DNA of 64,000 nt from Malacoraja senta. Lineage: Eukaryota. The position numbers were made by a program, and so were the translations under genes. The notes under the pieces were generated by a model. It was not told the DNA's origin, searched no databases, and worked only from the letters and a program-made list of their open reading frames with translations. This document shows, piece after piece, positions 1-12,848 of the stretch. The stretch spans positions 23,128,001 to 23,192,000 of the forward strand of contig CM075987.1 in the NCBI GenBank assembly GCA_038087875.1. Reading direction: 5' to 3'. The first letter of the stretch is position 1. Every line of letters begins with the position of its first letter.

Positions 1-879
1 TGAAGAAGGTTGAGACATGTTTTGATCGAGGTGTGGAAAATCGTGACTAGTTCAAACAAGAAATATGGAACAAAATGATTCCCATTAGCAAACGAGCAAC
101 ACGAATTTTGAGCAAAAAATACAAAGGGAAGATTCCTTAAAGGAGAAAAAACAGTCCCGATTTTGGAATTCACGATCTTCTGTGATGGTGTAAACAAAAT
201 CAGTCAGTGGTTTCACCAAATAGGAAGGAGAGGATAACTTACAAAAAGGGAAAGATAACTGGTAGAGGTCGATGCAGATTTGATAGATGGATTGCCTAAT
301 CTTTGAATGGTAATGATCCCGTGGGGAGTCTAGAATCAGGGACCATTAATATCAGGTACCCAATGGGTAAGTTCAGAGGAGGAACCCTCCAGACAGAGTG
401 GAGGGAGTAGGGAATATTTGGCCTGCCGCCCAGACTGAATGAGACAGATTCAAGGGGAAGCATTAAAGGGGAACAAGTGAGCACATGAAAGAGAGGGGAC
501 CCTTCAGACGGATCCATTTCCTCCACAGATGCAGCCTGACCCACTGATTTCCCTCCCCCAGTGTGTTTTGACTCAAATCTAAACTCCTCCACCAACACTT
601 CCCCGCTCACTGTACATGGTGATCCAGAAATAGATGACATATGTCAGAGCTCGCTCGTTAGTGGGAAGTGTGTGTGTGTGTTGGAGTGGGGTGACGGCTT
701 GACGGGAATGATGTGATGTTTCTGAACGAGGGATGTGATGCTGCCGATGCCGGAACTGACAGACACGGAGCATCTCCAACTCTGTCGCTGATTCCTGCCA
801 CCACTTCACATTGGGGGCGACCCCGCTTTAAGCGGGGAACAGTTTCCCCACAGTTTAACACAGACTTTGCACTCCTGGG

Positions 880-1075
880 AGTAAAACACAGAGTGTTGGA
901 GTTACTCAGCATCTGTGGTGGGAATGGACAGACGACATTTCGGGTCGGCACCCTTCTTACAGACAGGGTAACGTCCTCTGTCTATTCCCTCCCCAGATGC
1001 TGTCTGATCCGCTAAGTTCCTCTAGTACTCTGTGTTTTGCTCAAGATTTCAGCATCTGCAATTCTTTGTGCCTAG
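880..1075. mobile_element. Old fold-back Penelope-like terminal-repeat element
   Basis: The left arm (gagtaaaacacagagtgttggag...) is an imperfect inverted copy of the right arm (...ctctagtactctgtgttttgctc). A degenerate hammerhead core lies at about 930-965. Confidence 0.6.
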
Positions 1076-1327
1076 GTTCCTGAGAGATTTGGCTTAGCAG
1101 TAACAGTAAGTCTTTAGCTTATATCCAGTGCTGTCCTTTCAGTTCTGGCCCAGGAGACTAGATGAGTGGGGATTGGGCTATTGGTCCAGTCAGGTGAGTT
1201 TGAGGATGGAGCAGAATGGACCAAATGCTTCTGAGTGTATATTGGCCATCGCCTAGCTGAATGGGCCATTGTAATAGTGTCCTGGCTCACAGCGGGGAGT
1301 CAGCACCGCCAGGGGCAAAATGCTGGA

Positions 1328-1460
1328 GTCTGAAGAATGGGTCTCGACCCGAAACGTCACCCATTACTTCTCTCCAGAGATGCGGCCTGTCCCGCCGAGC
1401 AAATCCAGCAATTTGTGTCTACCTTTGTGTAAACCAGCATCTGCAGTTCCTTCCTACACA
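1328..1460 (+). mobile_element. Penelope-like terminal repeat with intact minimal hammerhead core
   Basis: CTGAAGA-at-GGGTCTCGACCC-GAAACGTC at 1330-1358, followed by the family tail (ttctctccagagatgc...gcatctgcagttccttcctacac). Confidence 0.75.
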
Positions 1461-2269
1461 TTGTGAGGGGCAAGATGTCGAGGCTTTTCATTGTGTCTCT
1501 CTACACGTAATGATGACAAAATAAAGTCCAATTCAATAACTACAGGAAATTTAATGGGACTATGGCCAGATATCCCACTGCCTCCCTCTCTCACTCACAC
1601 ACGCACTGAGAGCTGTAGGAGTGAGTCGATGTCCCCCCCCACCCCCTCTCCCCCTCCCCCCGTCCTTTAGCCTGTGGATATTTACCATAAATGTGCTCCA
1701 AAACCAAGCGAGAAACACAACCAATGCTGGAAATCTGCAATGCAGAAGCATTCAGCAAGTCAGGCCACCTCTGTGGCAAGATGAAGAGTTCAGAGGATAG
1801 TCTTTGAATCTATTTGTTGCTCCACGAATGCTGATGAGAAAAACCCAGTATTTGCTTATATTTCAGTTATGGCTTATTTGTTTTACCTTTGAGATGCTCA
1901 TCCTTTGAGCAGGTTTACCTTTGAAACATTGTACCTGCGAGCTGGTTTATCTTTGAAAGTTTGTACCTGTGAGCTGGTTTACCTTTGAGACCAAGTACTT
2001 GTGAGCAGGTTTATCTGTGACATGGTTTCCTTGTTGCAGTCACTGCCTGATTTGGGCTAAGTGCATTTCCCTGTTAGCCCTCTCTGCCTGGATTAATTAA
2101 TCACCTAAGGGATGACAGTACTTCAAACATATATTATAGTGTTAAATTAAACATGGAGCAAAAAAATATTCCTTTTGAGTTTCTGGAGTGATCTGCAGCT
2201 GCACGGTGCTAAATATAACCATTGCCACTCAGCACCTGCTGACGTGGGTCTCTGGTGCTCAGGGGAGAG

Positions 2270-2850
2270 AGGTTATGGAGCTGGGGGCAGACTGGGAGGT
2301 GAAGCGTGGAGGAGCTGGGGGCAAAGTGGAAGGGGCTGGGGGCAGAGTGAGAGGGGCTGGGGGCAAGAGTGAGAGGGGCTGGGGGTAGAGTGAGAGGGGC
2401 CGAGGGCAGAGTGAGAGGGGCTGGGGGTAGAGTGGGAGACTGCACCTGGGGGCAGAGTGAGAGGGGCTGGGGCAGGAGTGAGAGATGGTGGAGCTGGGGC
2501 GTAGAGTGAGAGGGGCCGGGGGTAGAGTGAGAGGGGCTGGGGGCAGAGTGAGAGGGGCTGGGGGCAGAGTGAGAGGGGATGGGGGCAGAGTGAGAGGGGC
2601 TGGGGTCAGTGAGAGATGGTGGAGCTGGGGGGCAGAGTGAGAGGGGCCGGGGGTAGAGTGGGAGACTGCACCCGGGGGTGAGGTGTTGTGGAGCCGGAGG
2701 AGTGATTGTGGAGCTGGGGAGAGTGGGAGGTGAAGCGTGGAGGAGCTGGGGGGTAGAGTGAGGGAGCTGGACCTGGGGGCAGAGTGAGGGATGGTGGAGC
2801 TGGGGGGGGGAGGGGGGTTGAGTGGGAGGCTGCACCCGGGGGTGAGGCAG
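2270..2850 (+). repeat. G-rich minisatellite, about 21-bp unit (ggggctgggggcagagtgaga)
   Basis: Directly visible tandem units with interspersed variants. Confidence 0.9.
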
Positions 2851-2899
2851 CCGCAGCCGGGACCAAAGATACTAGAGTAATGTCAGGGACAGGGACAGG

Positions 2900-3020
2900 G
2901 ACCGGGCCCTGGGGCAGCGCGGCGTGACGTCATGCGTCACGGCTTCACCTTTGCCTCCTCCCCCGGCACGTGACGCGGGCTTGTCCGGCTCCCCGCCCCC
3001 GGCCCCGCGCGCCCTCACCC
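2900..3020. promoter_or_regulatory. Putative CpG-island promoter core
   Basis: CRE TGACGTCA at 2925-2932, a half-CRE at about 2935-2939, E-box CACGTGAC at 2967-2974 and GC box CCCCGCCCC at 2991-2999. CpG density is high in an otherwise CpG-poor window. Confidence 0.55.
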
Positions 3021-3049
3021 CAGTCACGGGTTGTCCGTCACCTGCACCG

Positions 3050-3700
3050 GGCGGTCACCTCATCCCCGACCCCCCGCCACTGGTCACCGGTCACCTCATC
3101 CCCGACCCCCGCCACTGGTCACCTCATCCCCGACCCCCCGCCACTGGTCACCTCATTCCCGACCCCCCGCCACTGGTCACCTCATCCCCGACCCCCCGCC
3201 ACTGGTCACCTCATCCCCGACCCCCCGCCACTGGTCACCTCATCCCCGACCCCCCGCCACTGGTCACCTCATCCCCGACCCCCCGCCACTGGTCACCTCA
3301 GCCCCGACCTCCCGCCACTGGTCACCTCATCCCCGACCCCCCGCCACTGGTCACCGGTCACCTCATCCCCGACCCCCGCCACTGGTCACCTCATCCCCAA
3401 CCCCCCGTCACTGGTCACCTCAGCCCCGACACCGCTCACCGGTCACCTCAGCCCAGACCTCCCGTCACTGGTCATCTCAGCCCCGTCACTGGTCACTTCA
3501 GCCCCGTCACTGGTCACCGGTCACCTCAGCCCAGACCTCCCGTCACTGGTCACCTCAGCCCCGACACCGGTCACCGGTCACCGGTCACCTCAGCCCAGAC
3601 CTCCCGTCACTGGTCATCTCCGCCCCGTCACTGGCCATCTCTCAGCCCCATCCACCCCGACCTCCCGTCACCTCAGCCCCACCGGCCCGGTCACCTCGGT
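3050..3700 (+). repeat. C-rich minisatellite, 29-bp unit (ccactggtcacctcatccccgaccccccg), degenerating rightwards
   Basis: 29-nt period visible (for example acctcat at 3121 and 3150). It accounts for the three overlapping Pro-rich ORFs. Confidence 0.9.
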
Positions 3701-3899
3701 CACGGGTTGCGCACCGCCTTCACCGGCCACTTCAACCGCACGTCACCCGTCACCTCAGTCACCGGTTGTCCAACACTTTCGCCAGCTGTCCGGCCGTCCT
3801 CTCAGCTGACGGTCACCTTCGCCGTCTACCTCAGCCGCCGGTCGTCCATCACCTTCGCCGCCCTCCACCCGGCGAGATCAAACCTGAGTCACCTGTAAC

Positions 3900-5230
3900 A
3901 TTGGAAGCAGATACCAGAGCGGCGTTTGAGAGGCTTTTTAGATGGATATGCTAGGCATGGAGGGATATGGATCATCTCCTCTGAGATTAGTTTAATTTGC
4001 CACCTTGTTCAGTATGGACATTGTGGGCCGAAAGATTATCACGGGCCACATTTTTCTGTATTCTTTCAACTGTTCTTGCTATCTTATTGTTTTGAAAGGG
4101 AGTAAGAAGAGGCCACTCAGCCCCTCAGGTCTGCTATTCCATTCCATTTGGCACTCACCTCACGAAATCACGAGATAAGGTGATAACCGCTGTCTTTTCC
4201 TCCAGGATAGAGGAGTCCAAAACTGGAGGGCATATGTTTAAGGCGAGACAGGAAAGATTTAAAAGAGACCTGAGGGGGCAACATGTTCACACAGGGTGGT
4301 GCGTATACAGCATGAGCTGCCAGAAAAAATGATGGGTACAATAACTGATTGGAAAAGTTTGGAGGGATGTGGGCAGGCACAGGCAAGTGAGGCTAGCTGG
4401 GTTAGGCAGCTTGATTGGCATGGACGAGTTGGGGCGAAGGCCTGTTTCCGTGCTTAGCTGAATATCTGGCCTGGTCTCCATAGCTACAGAAAAAATCTAG
4501 AAGGACTGAAGATTATATAGTTTTGGTCTTCTTATCCAAAGAAGGAAATATGTGGTCTGGAGAGAGTGCAGTAAAGCTTCATCAGACTGGTTCCAGGGAT
4601 GGGATATCTGTTATCTGAGAAGAAATTGAGTAAGAAAGACTAAAAAATGTCCAAAATGGTTTAGGTTCAACAGAGTAGATGAAGGATACTTCCCTGGCTG
4701 AGCAATCTAGGAGGTCACTATCAAAATAATGCAATAGGCCACCTAGGATTAAATGAAGTGAAATGTATTAACTCAAAGAGCAGTGAATCTTTGGAATTTT
4801 CTACCCCAGTGGGTTCATTCAAAATTCAAATTGTTCGATTTTCAGGAATTCGAAGGATATGGGACACAGTAGGAAAATGGTGCTGAGTTAGAAGATGATC
4901 TTGTTGAACGATGGAGCAGGCTGAAAGAGTGGCAGAAACATTAAACAGGCTGCTATTTTCTATCGAAAAAATAAGTCAAAGATAACCTGTGGAGTCTTCA
5001 AGGTAAAGACTGGATTTATTCTAGTGGACATAAAGAAAATGTTTCAATGTATGATCAAGATCAAAACTGGACATAAGTGTCAGATTGTCTCTAATAAAAC
5101 CAATGGGTGTTCAAGGAAATCTTCCTCATGGAGTTATGGGAATGCGGAACTCTTTATTCCAAGTATTACCTGAGGTAAGTGGCATGCATGAATTTGAAGA
5201 AAAGGGAGGCAAGTACGAGAAAAACAGAAG
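3900..5230 (+). mobile_element. Cluster of degraded CR1 LINE 3' fragments
   Basis: CR1 3' signatures such as gggccgaag, gaagggcctgtttccgtgct, gtgaatctttggaatt and ggagagagtgcag. Many stops. Confidence 0.65.
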
Positions 5231-5559
5231 GATATGCTGGCAGGGTTAAAAGTAATTAAGCAAAAAACAAACTGCTGGATGAAATCAGCGGGTCAAGCAG
5301 TATCTGCAGAAGTGAGAACATCGTTGGAGACCAGAAAAACAGTAGAAACAACAGAAGAAGAACAGCAAGAGGGAGATTCACAGTACTACCAACAAAGAAG
5401 GAGAACTTCTTCAAGGTCAGCATGACGAAGAGAAATCTATGAGTAGTAAAATGGACACTGCAAATGCTGGAATCTGCAGCAATAAACAAACTGCGAGAGG
5501 AACTCAATAGGTCGATGTGAAAACATTGTCAAAGAGCAGAAGAGTATAATCTCCATGGC

Positions 5560-5770
5560 CTAGCACCTTCCATTCTGTAACCACCTGCTTGACAGCCTGC
5601 TGTGATCTCTGCACTGCTTCAGCTCTAGCCTCGAGCTCACCCCTGATTATAATCATTCCACCATTGGTGACCTTAACCTTCAGCTGTCTAAACCTTCTAC
5701 ATAATTGCCTCCCTTAACCTCTCTGCCTCTCTACCTATTCCATGATTCTTCCTTTGTCTAAGTTTTTTTC
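5560..5770 (+). mobile_element. Degraded L2-type LINE 3' remnant
   Basis: ccaccattggtg...ccttcagctgtcta...ctcccttaacctctctgcc resembles the region encoding the G-R-AFS---P-LWN-LP end of L2 ORF2. Confidence 0.35.
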
Positions 5771-6493
5771 ATCTACATTGATTGTCTGCTTATGCAGATC
5801 TGTGTCAGATTTAATCTTGGTATGCATGTTTTCCAAGTTATAGCCATTGATGCCATGATGACGTTGGTGGAACGATGAAGAGGTAAATCGGCGGCTGTAA
5901 ATGTCTTCAAATTCACCTCGTAAAGCACCCTAAAATTCTGTGATCGGTTTGGGAAGCTGGTCATGGCCACATTGGTGCATGGAAGCGGAAGGGCAGCTGC
6001 TGGAGGAGATGCAAGGCTCGGTTGCGGGTTGTGGTATTGTCAGAAAGAAGCTGCAGCATGTGGCCGGGTAAGCGAGCAGAGCGCAGCCTGCAGATGCTTC
6101 ATGGAGTGGTGGTGGAAGGAGCAGACGGCATTGTGATGGGCTGAGCCAGCGGCATTGCGCTAGGCTAGGCCGACCCCTATTTCATCAACCAGTGGTGCCA
6201 GGATATCGGGCCTTAAAGTGAGAAAATAAGAAATTGTGTATGCCGATTCGGCCAAAATTGGACTTTTCAGAGACTTAAGACTTGAAAGTTGCAGGATGGC
6301 ACCGGAGCATAGATGATCTACTTACAATTGTTTACACTTTTTGCACTCATGTATGGTATGGATAGCATGCCTGAATAAGCTTTTCACTGTATCTCGGTAC
6401 ACATGACAACAATAAAAACGAATCTAATCTGTATACTTAAAAGATGTAGATGCAGGGGAATCATGTGGAGTCTAAGTACTGGTACAATTACTA

Positions 6494-6554
6494 GGTAGAT
6501 AAAAGTGCTGGAGAAACTCAGCGGGTGAGGCAGCATCTATGGAGCGAAGGAATA
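6494..6554 (-). mobile_element. Short Penelope-like terminal fragment with 12-bp TSD
   Basis: TSD gtacaattacta at 6482-6493 and 6555-6566. Confidence 0.75.
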
Positions 6555-7289
6555 GTACAATTACTAAGTTCATTTGGGATTACTGCTCACTTTCTGTGCA
6601 GTATTTGTAGCACACTTCTAATGTGGTCAGATCATCTCTTAATTTGTTCCCCTTGAAAGTTTAGTCTGCATAACAGCAAAGGATATGTTTAAGTGAAGTT
6701 TTTTATTATTATTGTTGCAGTGTGAAAAAGTTTATCCTTACTACTACCAGTCTGCCTGTGGTCAGAGGAACTCCTGGTTGTCTTGTTCTCTGATTTTGGC
6801 TTTAATTCGTGCTTTGCCTTTTACATCAGATATACACCATGGTTATAATATTGACATATATACAAGGCATGTATCTGTATGCCACATTCACTGTGGAAGC
6901 AATATCATTCTATGTACCAACAAGTTTTATGTAACATCAGCACAAGAAGTCTTCCTTTCCCATACATTCCATGAGGGATGCGTGGTTGTTACACAACTCC
7001 CAGACATTGTGTGTGCAGTGGTGGGAAGCCCTTCAACTCTGGCCTTTCCACACAAGAGTTTAGCACAAGTAGCTTTGGTAACTCTCTTGGCAAGTAGTCC
7101 TAGGCCTTCCAATATGCTGGTCTACAACATTCAGTTATAAATAACTCCTTGCACTAGAAGATTAAACAAGAATCAAACAGATCAAAGGATGTCTTTCACC
7201 GTAGCAGTCGGAAGCAGTCCATAGGACGCCGAAAATTGCATTATGCAACTATTTGGAATGAACCCTAATAAAGAATGTCTAATTTCTTC

Positions 7290-7620
7290 CAGATCTTTTG
7301 GGCAAATGCATTTTTCGGACGTATACAGGCGATGTTCCCATCTCCAGCTTGGCAGTCTCAAGAGCCATGCATGGTGGCAATGAAACCTGGGCTGCGCATG
7401 AAGGATTTAATGGGGAGTTCTTTTCCCACCGCCAGCCAAGCAAGGTCTTGGTACTTGTTTGAAATTCCTGCTGATGAGGCATTTTATCAAATGACTTTTA
7501 CAGTCTGCCTGGGAATCTATCCAACAAGATCCACCATCTGCTTTACCTGCAGGACATTCTGTGCCACCTCTGTCAGATTGATGTGGTCAAAGAGGAATTT
7601 GATGATAAGGGCACTCTGGC
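7290..7620 (-). mobile_element. Degraded Tx1/L1-clade ORF2 C-terminal fragment
   Basis: The minus strand reads ..NASSAGISNKYQDLAWLAVGKELPIKSFM..AFAQKIWKK, like the region around the zf-RVT of Tx1-type elements. Interrupted by stops. Confidence 0.6.
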
Positions 7621-7879
7621 CCATTCACCAGTTTGCTTAATCTGAGCCCATGCTTACCAACCTTTCTGTCACTGGAAATCAATTTAGTCGTTGACTGTTT
7701 ACTCGTGATGACACTCAATTTTGTTTCGACCCAGGAACATTCACTTGGTTTACGCAGGATGGACAGAAGCCATCGGCTTCGTCAGTGTGCCCAAAGTCTT
7801 GAGGATATAGACAAACGGGTGGCTCAAAATCAAGGTTCATGAGCAGGTAAATGTAACCGATAAAATGATTCTCCTCATC

Positions 7880-8790
7880 TCCACCTTGGTTTCTTTTGCA
7901 TTTTTCTTAAATTTATTTCCACTCCATTGGCTGCTGGCTCCCTCTGTCAACTTGCTTCATCCCAATAATTTTAAACACATTTAATAAATCTTCACTTTTT
8001 CTTTTCTGCTCTACGGAGAATAATATCAGTTTCTCCCATCCTACACCTAATAGAAATCCCTTAACCCTGACACTATTCTGGAAATCTAATCTGCACCTCC
8101 TCCAAAGCCATCACATCCTTCTGCAAAAATGGATTCCACAATTGGACAACGATAACTTCAGCCTAACTAGTGCTGTATGAGGATTTAACAATAATAGAGC
8201 TACAAATCACACACATGGAAAGGTTCATTTGTCTCCCTGTTAGGCAAACTAGTTCTTCTGCCATCTATCTGTGTTTGGCTTAAATATCTGTATTTCTGCA
8301 AATGGACTAAAGATAAGAGTGGGAGATGATATTAGTGCAGGAACACGACGTTGTGTGAATATAATGAAGGGCTCGTATAAACTGGAGATCAAAGAACACT
8401 AAAAGCTAGAAAAGTTATTGGTAGAAAATGAAAAGTGCTGGATAGGCTGTGCAGATCTGGTAGTTTTGAATAGGCTTGTTCATTGTGTAGCTCAAATTTT
8501 AACCCTTTGTTTACCCCTTTCAGATACAAACTAGAAGCAGAAGATGGCCATTCTGCCCCTTGTGGTTTTACCATTTAATATGATCATCACCAATCTCTTA
8601 CTTAGCACCACTTGTTCTAATCCTATATCATTAGATTCCATTAATATTTAAAAACCTATCTCTGTCTTAGTGATTGAGTCTCTCATGGTAAAAAAAATTC
8701 AAAGATCCACCAAACTCTGGGAGAATATATTGCTCATCTCTGCCCTGAAATGCTAACCCCACTTTTAAGGACCATGACCTCTGTCCAGAA
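7880..8790 (-). mobile_element. Degraded CR1 3' fragments (two pieces)
   Basis: Antisense CR1 motifs ctgcacctcctccaaagccatcacatcctt, caaagatccaccaaactctggg and ggccattctgccc. Confidence 0.5.
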
Positions 8791-9430
8791 CAGGCCGTGC
8801 CTATAGCCAAGCTATTTCAGTACAGATACAACACTGGCATTTACTAACAATGTGGAAAACATACTTCTTTACAAGAAACAGGATAAATCCTACCTGGTTA
8901 ATTACTTTAATCAGCAAGTGATTGAAGGTCAAGTGGACAGTGGTTTCAGGCAACACTTACCAATGTAGAAATAGGTTAACTTCAACCTTGCTAATTACTT
9001 TCATCAGCAAGTGATGGAAGGTCATATAGACAGTTGTTTCAAGTAGCACTTACCAACGCCCAGTTTGGATTTTACCAGAACCGCTCAGCACAAAATCTCA
9101 TCATGGACTTTGTTCAAACAATGAGCTGACTTCCAGAGGTGAGGTAAGGATGACTAACCTTGTCATTGAGGAGCCATGTAAAACTAAAGTCAATAGACAT
9201 TAAAGGGAAAGCACTCCAGTGGTAGGATCTTACCTTACTGAGAGGAAGGTTGTTGTAATTGTTGGTCAATCATTCAAGCCTCAGAAACATCACTATGGCA
9301 TTTGCTTGATTAGTGATCTTCCATAATGTTTGCTGATAATCATAGAGTTCAATTCCTTTACCTTCCCTTCAGTGAGAATAATATAGCATTCAGCTGTGTG
9401 CCGATAAATGGCAAATAACATTCATGATGC
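8790..9430 (+). mobile_element. Ancient CR1-group LINE RT fragment with a local ~70-bp duplication
   Basis: Degenerate coding for ISKVMEG..AQFGF..ELTSRGEVR..LKSIDIKGKALQW..YL..RKVVV. Segments 8897-8965 and 8991-9058 are diverged copies of each other. Confidence 0.65.
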
Positions 9431-9499
9431 ACGTGTCAAATTTTGTTTGAACATGCTTACTGAGTGTTTACTGTGCTAACGGACTTTCATAAATACAAA

Positions 9500-10022
9500 G
9501 GTAGACAAAAATGCTGGAGAAATTCAGCACGTGAGGCAGCATCTATGGAGCGAAGGAATAGGTGATGTTTCGGGTCGAGACCCTTCTTCAGACCGATGTG
9601 GGGGCGGGAAGAAGAAAGGAAGAGGCAGAGACAGTAGGCTGTGGGAGAGCTGGGAAGAGGATGGGAAGGAGGGAGAAAGCAAGGACTACCTGAAATTGGA
9701 GAAGTCAATGTTCATACCGCTGGGGTGTAAACTGCCCAAGCGAAATATGAGGTGCTGCTCGTCCAATTTGCGGTGGGACTCACTCTGGCCATGAAGGAGG
9801 CCTAGGACAGAAAGGTCGGATTCGGAATGGGAGGGGGAGTTGAAGTGCTGACCCACCGGGAGATCAGGTTGGTTAATGCGAACTGTGCAGAGGTGTTGGG
9901 TGATGCGATCGCCACGCCTGCGCTTGGTCTCACCGATGTAGAGCAGCTGACACCTAGAGCAGCGGATGCAATAGATGAGGTTGGAGGAGGTGCAGGTGAA
10001 CTTCTGCCTCACCTGGAAAGAC
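9500..10022 (-). mobile_element. 5'-truncated Penelope-like element: GIY-YIG endonuclease plus 3' repeat with hammerhead core
   Basis: ORF 9686-10012 is stop-free and reads FTCTSSNLIYCIRCSRCQLLYIGETKR...GQHFN...LGSLHPSGMN (GIY-YIG, PLE type). Hammerhead core at 9564-9591. TSD taaatacaaa at 9490-9499 and 10023-10032. Confidence 0.92.
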
Positions 10023-10779
10023 TAAATACAAATACTCTGATGGTTGTTGATGTACTAGCAGAGACACTGATAGTTTTAAACTTTATTGCATATTCTGCAG
10101 CATTTGAGAGAGCTGGTGATGACTTTCTTGGGCCAGGTGCCCCATTTTATCTGACCCAGCATCTTAACTCAACTGCTGATATCTGCATTATTCATTCACT
10201 GAGGCGGGGTGTGTTTGGCATTGTCTCAGCAGGCAGAAACAAATGGAAAGATGGAAAGGATGCAAAAAGCATTTCTTTAAATATTTAATGCAGCTGCCGT
10301 TTGAACACATCTTGGTCCTTTGCCTTTGTGTCTAAGATTCTCTTTGAGAACAGTGCTTGCGAGCCAGTACAAAGGCACCTCTGGTGCACTGGGCGCAGTG
10401 CAGATGTGTTTCAGTTGCTGACAGATGGCCCCATGTTTTGTTGTCTCATAGTGGTGGTCTACAGTTCCTTGTGTGGCACTGAGAATGGAATATTTTCTCA
10501 CCCCACTCCTTCCATCTTAAAATAAGCCTGAAGTAAGAGGGAGATTGTTAAAGATGGAGAAAAATGAGTGAAGAGAAAGATCTCAATCCTGCAATGGTCT
10601 GGTATAGGAAGAACTTGTATGTTTACACAGTATAGCATTCTACAGAGGGAGCTACTGAGAGCTCTGTAGCCACTAAAGTACCCAAAGAAGTATTGTTCAG
10701 TAATAGGCACAGCAGACAATACTGCAGAATGAACCTCCACACATGATCACATGTGAAAAACAGTAATTGGAGATGCGGG

Positions 10780-11420
10780 TGGAAGGATAAACATTATTCA
10801 AAATAACAGTGAAATCGCCTCTGTTCTTTTTCAAGATGAAGACAAGGGGCCTATTTTGTCCAGGTGAGTAGACAAGGCCTTAATTTAACACATCATTAGA
10901 AATGGGCAGCAATGGTGAAAAAGCAGCTGTACACGTGGCTCCAGGGATAAATGTTCAATACTGACCTTCGATGCATCTGTGTAGAGTTTGCACATTCTCC
11001 CTGTAACTGCAAGAGTTTCCTTTGGGTTTTCTAGATTCTGCCCTAAAGATGTGGGTTGGTAGGTTAGTTGACCACTGTAAATTGCCCCTAGTATGTAGGT
11101 GAATGGAGGGAGCGGTTGGAAATGTGGTGAGAATAAAATGATGCAGGGTTAATGTCACGTGATGGTCAGCAGACTTGATGGGCCAAAATGGCATGTTGTA
11201 TGATTATATCCGAAATATTGGCATCTCCAAAGGTATCCGTAGTTTTCCCTCAGTACTGCTCCCTTGATAGTGCCATGTGGCCTAGGAACAGCCTATTACA
11301 CTGCAACACTCTCTGACAGTGCGGCACTCCCTCGGGATTGCCCCTCTGACAGCGTGGCACTCCCTTAGTACTGCCCCTCTGGCAGTGCGGCACTCCCTCA
11401 GTTTGGTACTGGGAGCATCA
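10780..11420. mobile_element. Deu-domain SINE remnant with an inserted degraded HE1-like SINE (about 10945-11210)
   Basis: Locally amplified ctgacagtgcggcactccctcagtactg units (Deu-domain-like). The V-SINE body reads gagtttgcacattctccctgt...gatgggccaaaatggc. Confidence 0.55.
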
Positions 11421-12759
11421 GTTTACATTCCTCTGCTACCCTCTGAGCCAAACCAACAGAGAGCACAAAGGCAAAGCGATGCGGTGTCAGAGAAACAGAC
11501 AATTGAATCAGGAGGACTGTTTGTAAATCAAGATCTGTGTTTCATTTTAAAGCAGATGCACTGCAGTTGTCCTTCAGATATTGAACGACTCAATTTAATC
11601 CAGGTTTGATTGAGTGAAGCTCTCTTCGCAGCTTCTTTCATTACTGCCTGACTCAAAACTGCTTCATTGTCCTTTTGTGTTTGTTGCATTAATATCCTGG
11701 TTTTTAATCCTCTTCTGTGTTACCTCCAGCTGTATCCTATGTCATCCATCTCATCCTGCAATATAAATGATGTATGCTGCCCCTTTGGCAGGTTATTAGC
11801 ATCGCGCTCCCTAGTTTCAATTCCTCCATTTCTCTTTTACTTGCCATATCATTGTATCTCCTTCTGTCTTTCTGTATCCTGGTTAGGGAGGACAGAGAGA
11901 GACAAAGAGAGAGGGAGAGCTATGCAGAGAGTGCAGGGGGTTGAGAAGAGAGTGCAAGAAACACAAAGAGCAATATAAATTGTGGGAGCGAGGCAGAGAA
12001 ACCTCTGGGTGGTGGCAGGATGAACAGAGACCAACAAAGAAAAAAAGAGATGGAGAATCAAAGGAAAACAGAAACTAACCGAGAAAGAACAAAAGGGAGA
12101 GAGGCAGGGTCATACATTAAACTATACAGTATTTCTGTTGTTAACGTCTCCAGTTGTGATTGCACTGATCATTAATATTCTATGCACTATTGTCATGCCC
12201 AACCTATCTGTATTTGTGTTTAACCCTTATTGAAATAGATGACAAAGCGTCTCCAGCTAAGTAGGTTTAGCATTACACAAGGTATATAAGGAGAGATACA
12301 GAAGAACCCTGATATTGATTACTGTATGTCGCTGGCAAGTACTCATTGAGATTAATGAATGATCAAGAGGAATATGACTGTGATGCTCAGGTTTACTGTG
12401 GAGCTGTGCTGTCTCACTGTTCTGGAGAGATTGGTGATGCGGCCAGCAATGGTGTGCTAACAATGAACCACTTGGGATGGTGCAATATAGCCAGCAATAA
12501 CCTCAGGCCCAGTACAAGGACAAGAATCCCATTGCAGTCTGGATTCAAACATGCATTCACCAGAGTCGAATACTAACAAGGCAAGTCATTCCATCAGTGA
12601 TGGTCTGTCAGTAAGAACCATAAATCTCGGCTACAACAGCAGAGGAATTGTCTTTCTCTGCACTCCTGAAATTTAATGGAAACCTGCTGCTCATTCACAT
12701 TTACTACATTCTGATATGTTTTCTTTCTTAAAGGCATCAATCTCTACTGCGGTATGTGT

Positions 12760-12848
12760 TCCACACACAGTGACCCTCACTGGGGTACTGGTCCCACACA
12801 CTGACCCTCACTGGGGTACAGGTCCCACACGCATTGACCCTCACTGAG
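12760..12848 (+). repeat. Three units of the ~31-bp ccacacacactgaccctcactggggtac minisatellite
   Basis: Same unit as the array at 34670-35270. Confidence 0.85.

Noticed and set aside
2209..3954. Long Pro/His/Thr-rich ORFs (208-324 aa)
   Set aside because: They are translations of 21-bp and 29-bp minisatellites. All three frames are open and the 29-bp unit is not a multiple of 3.
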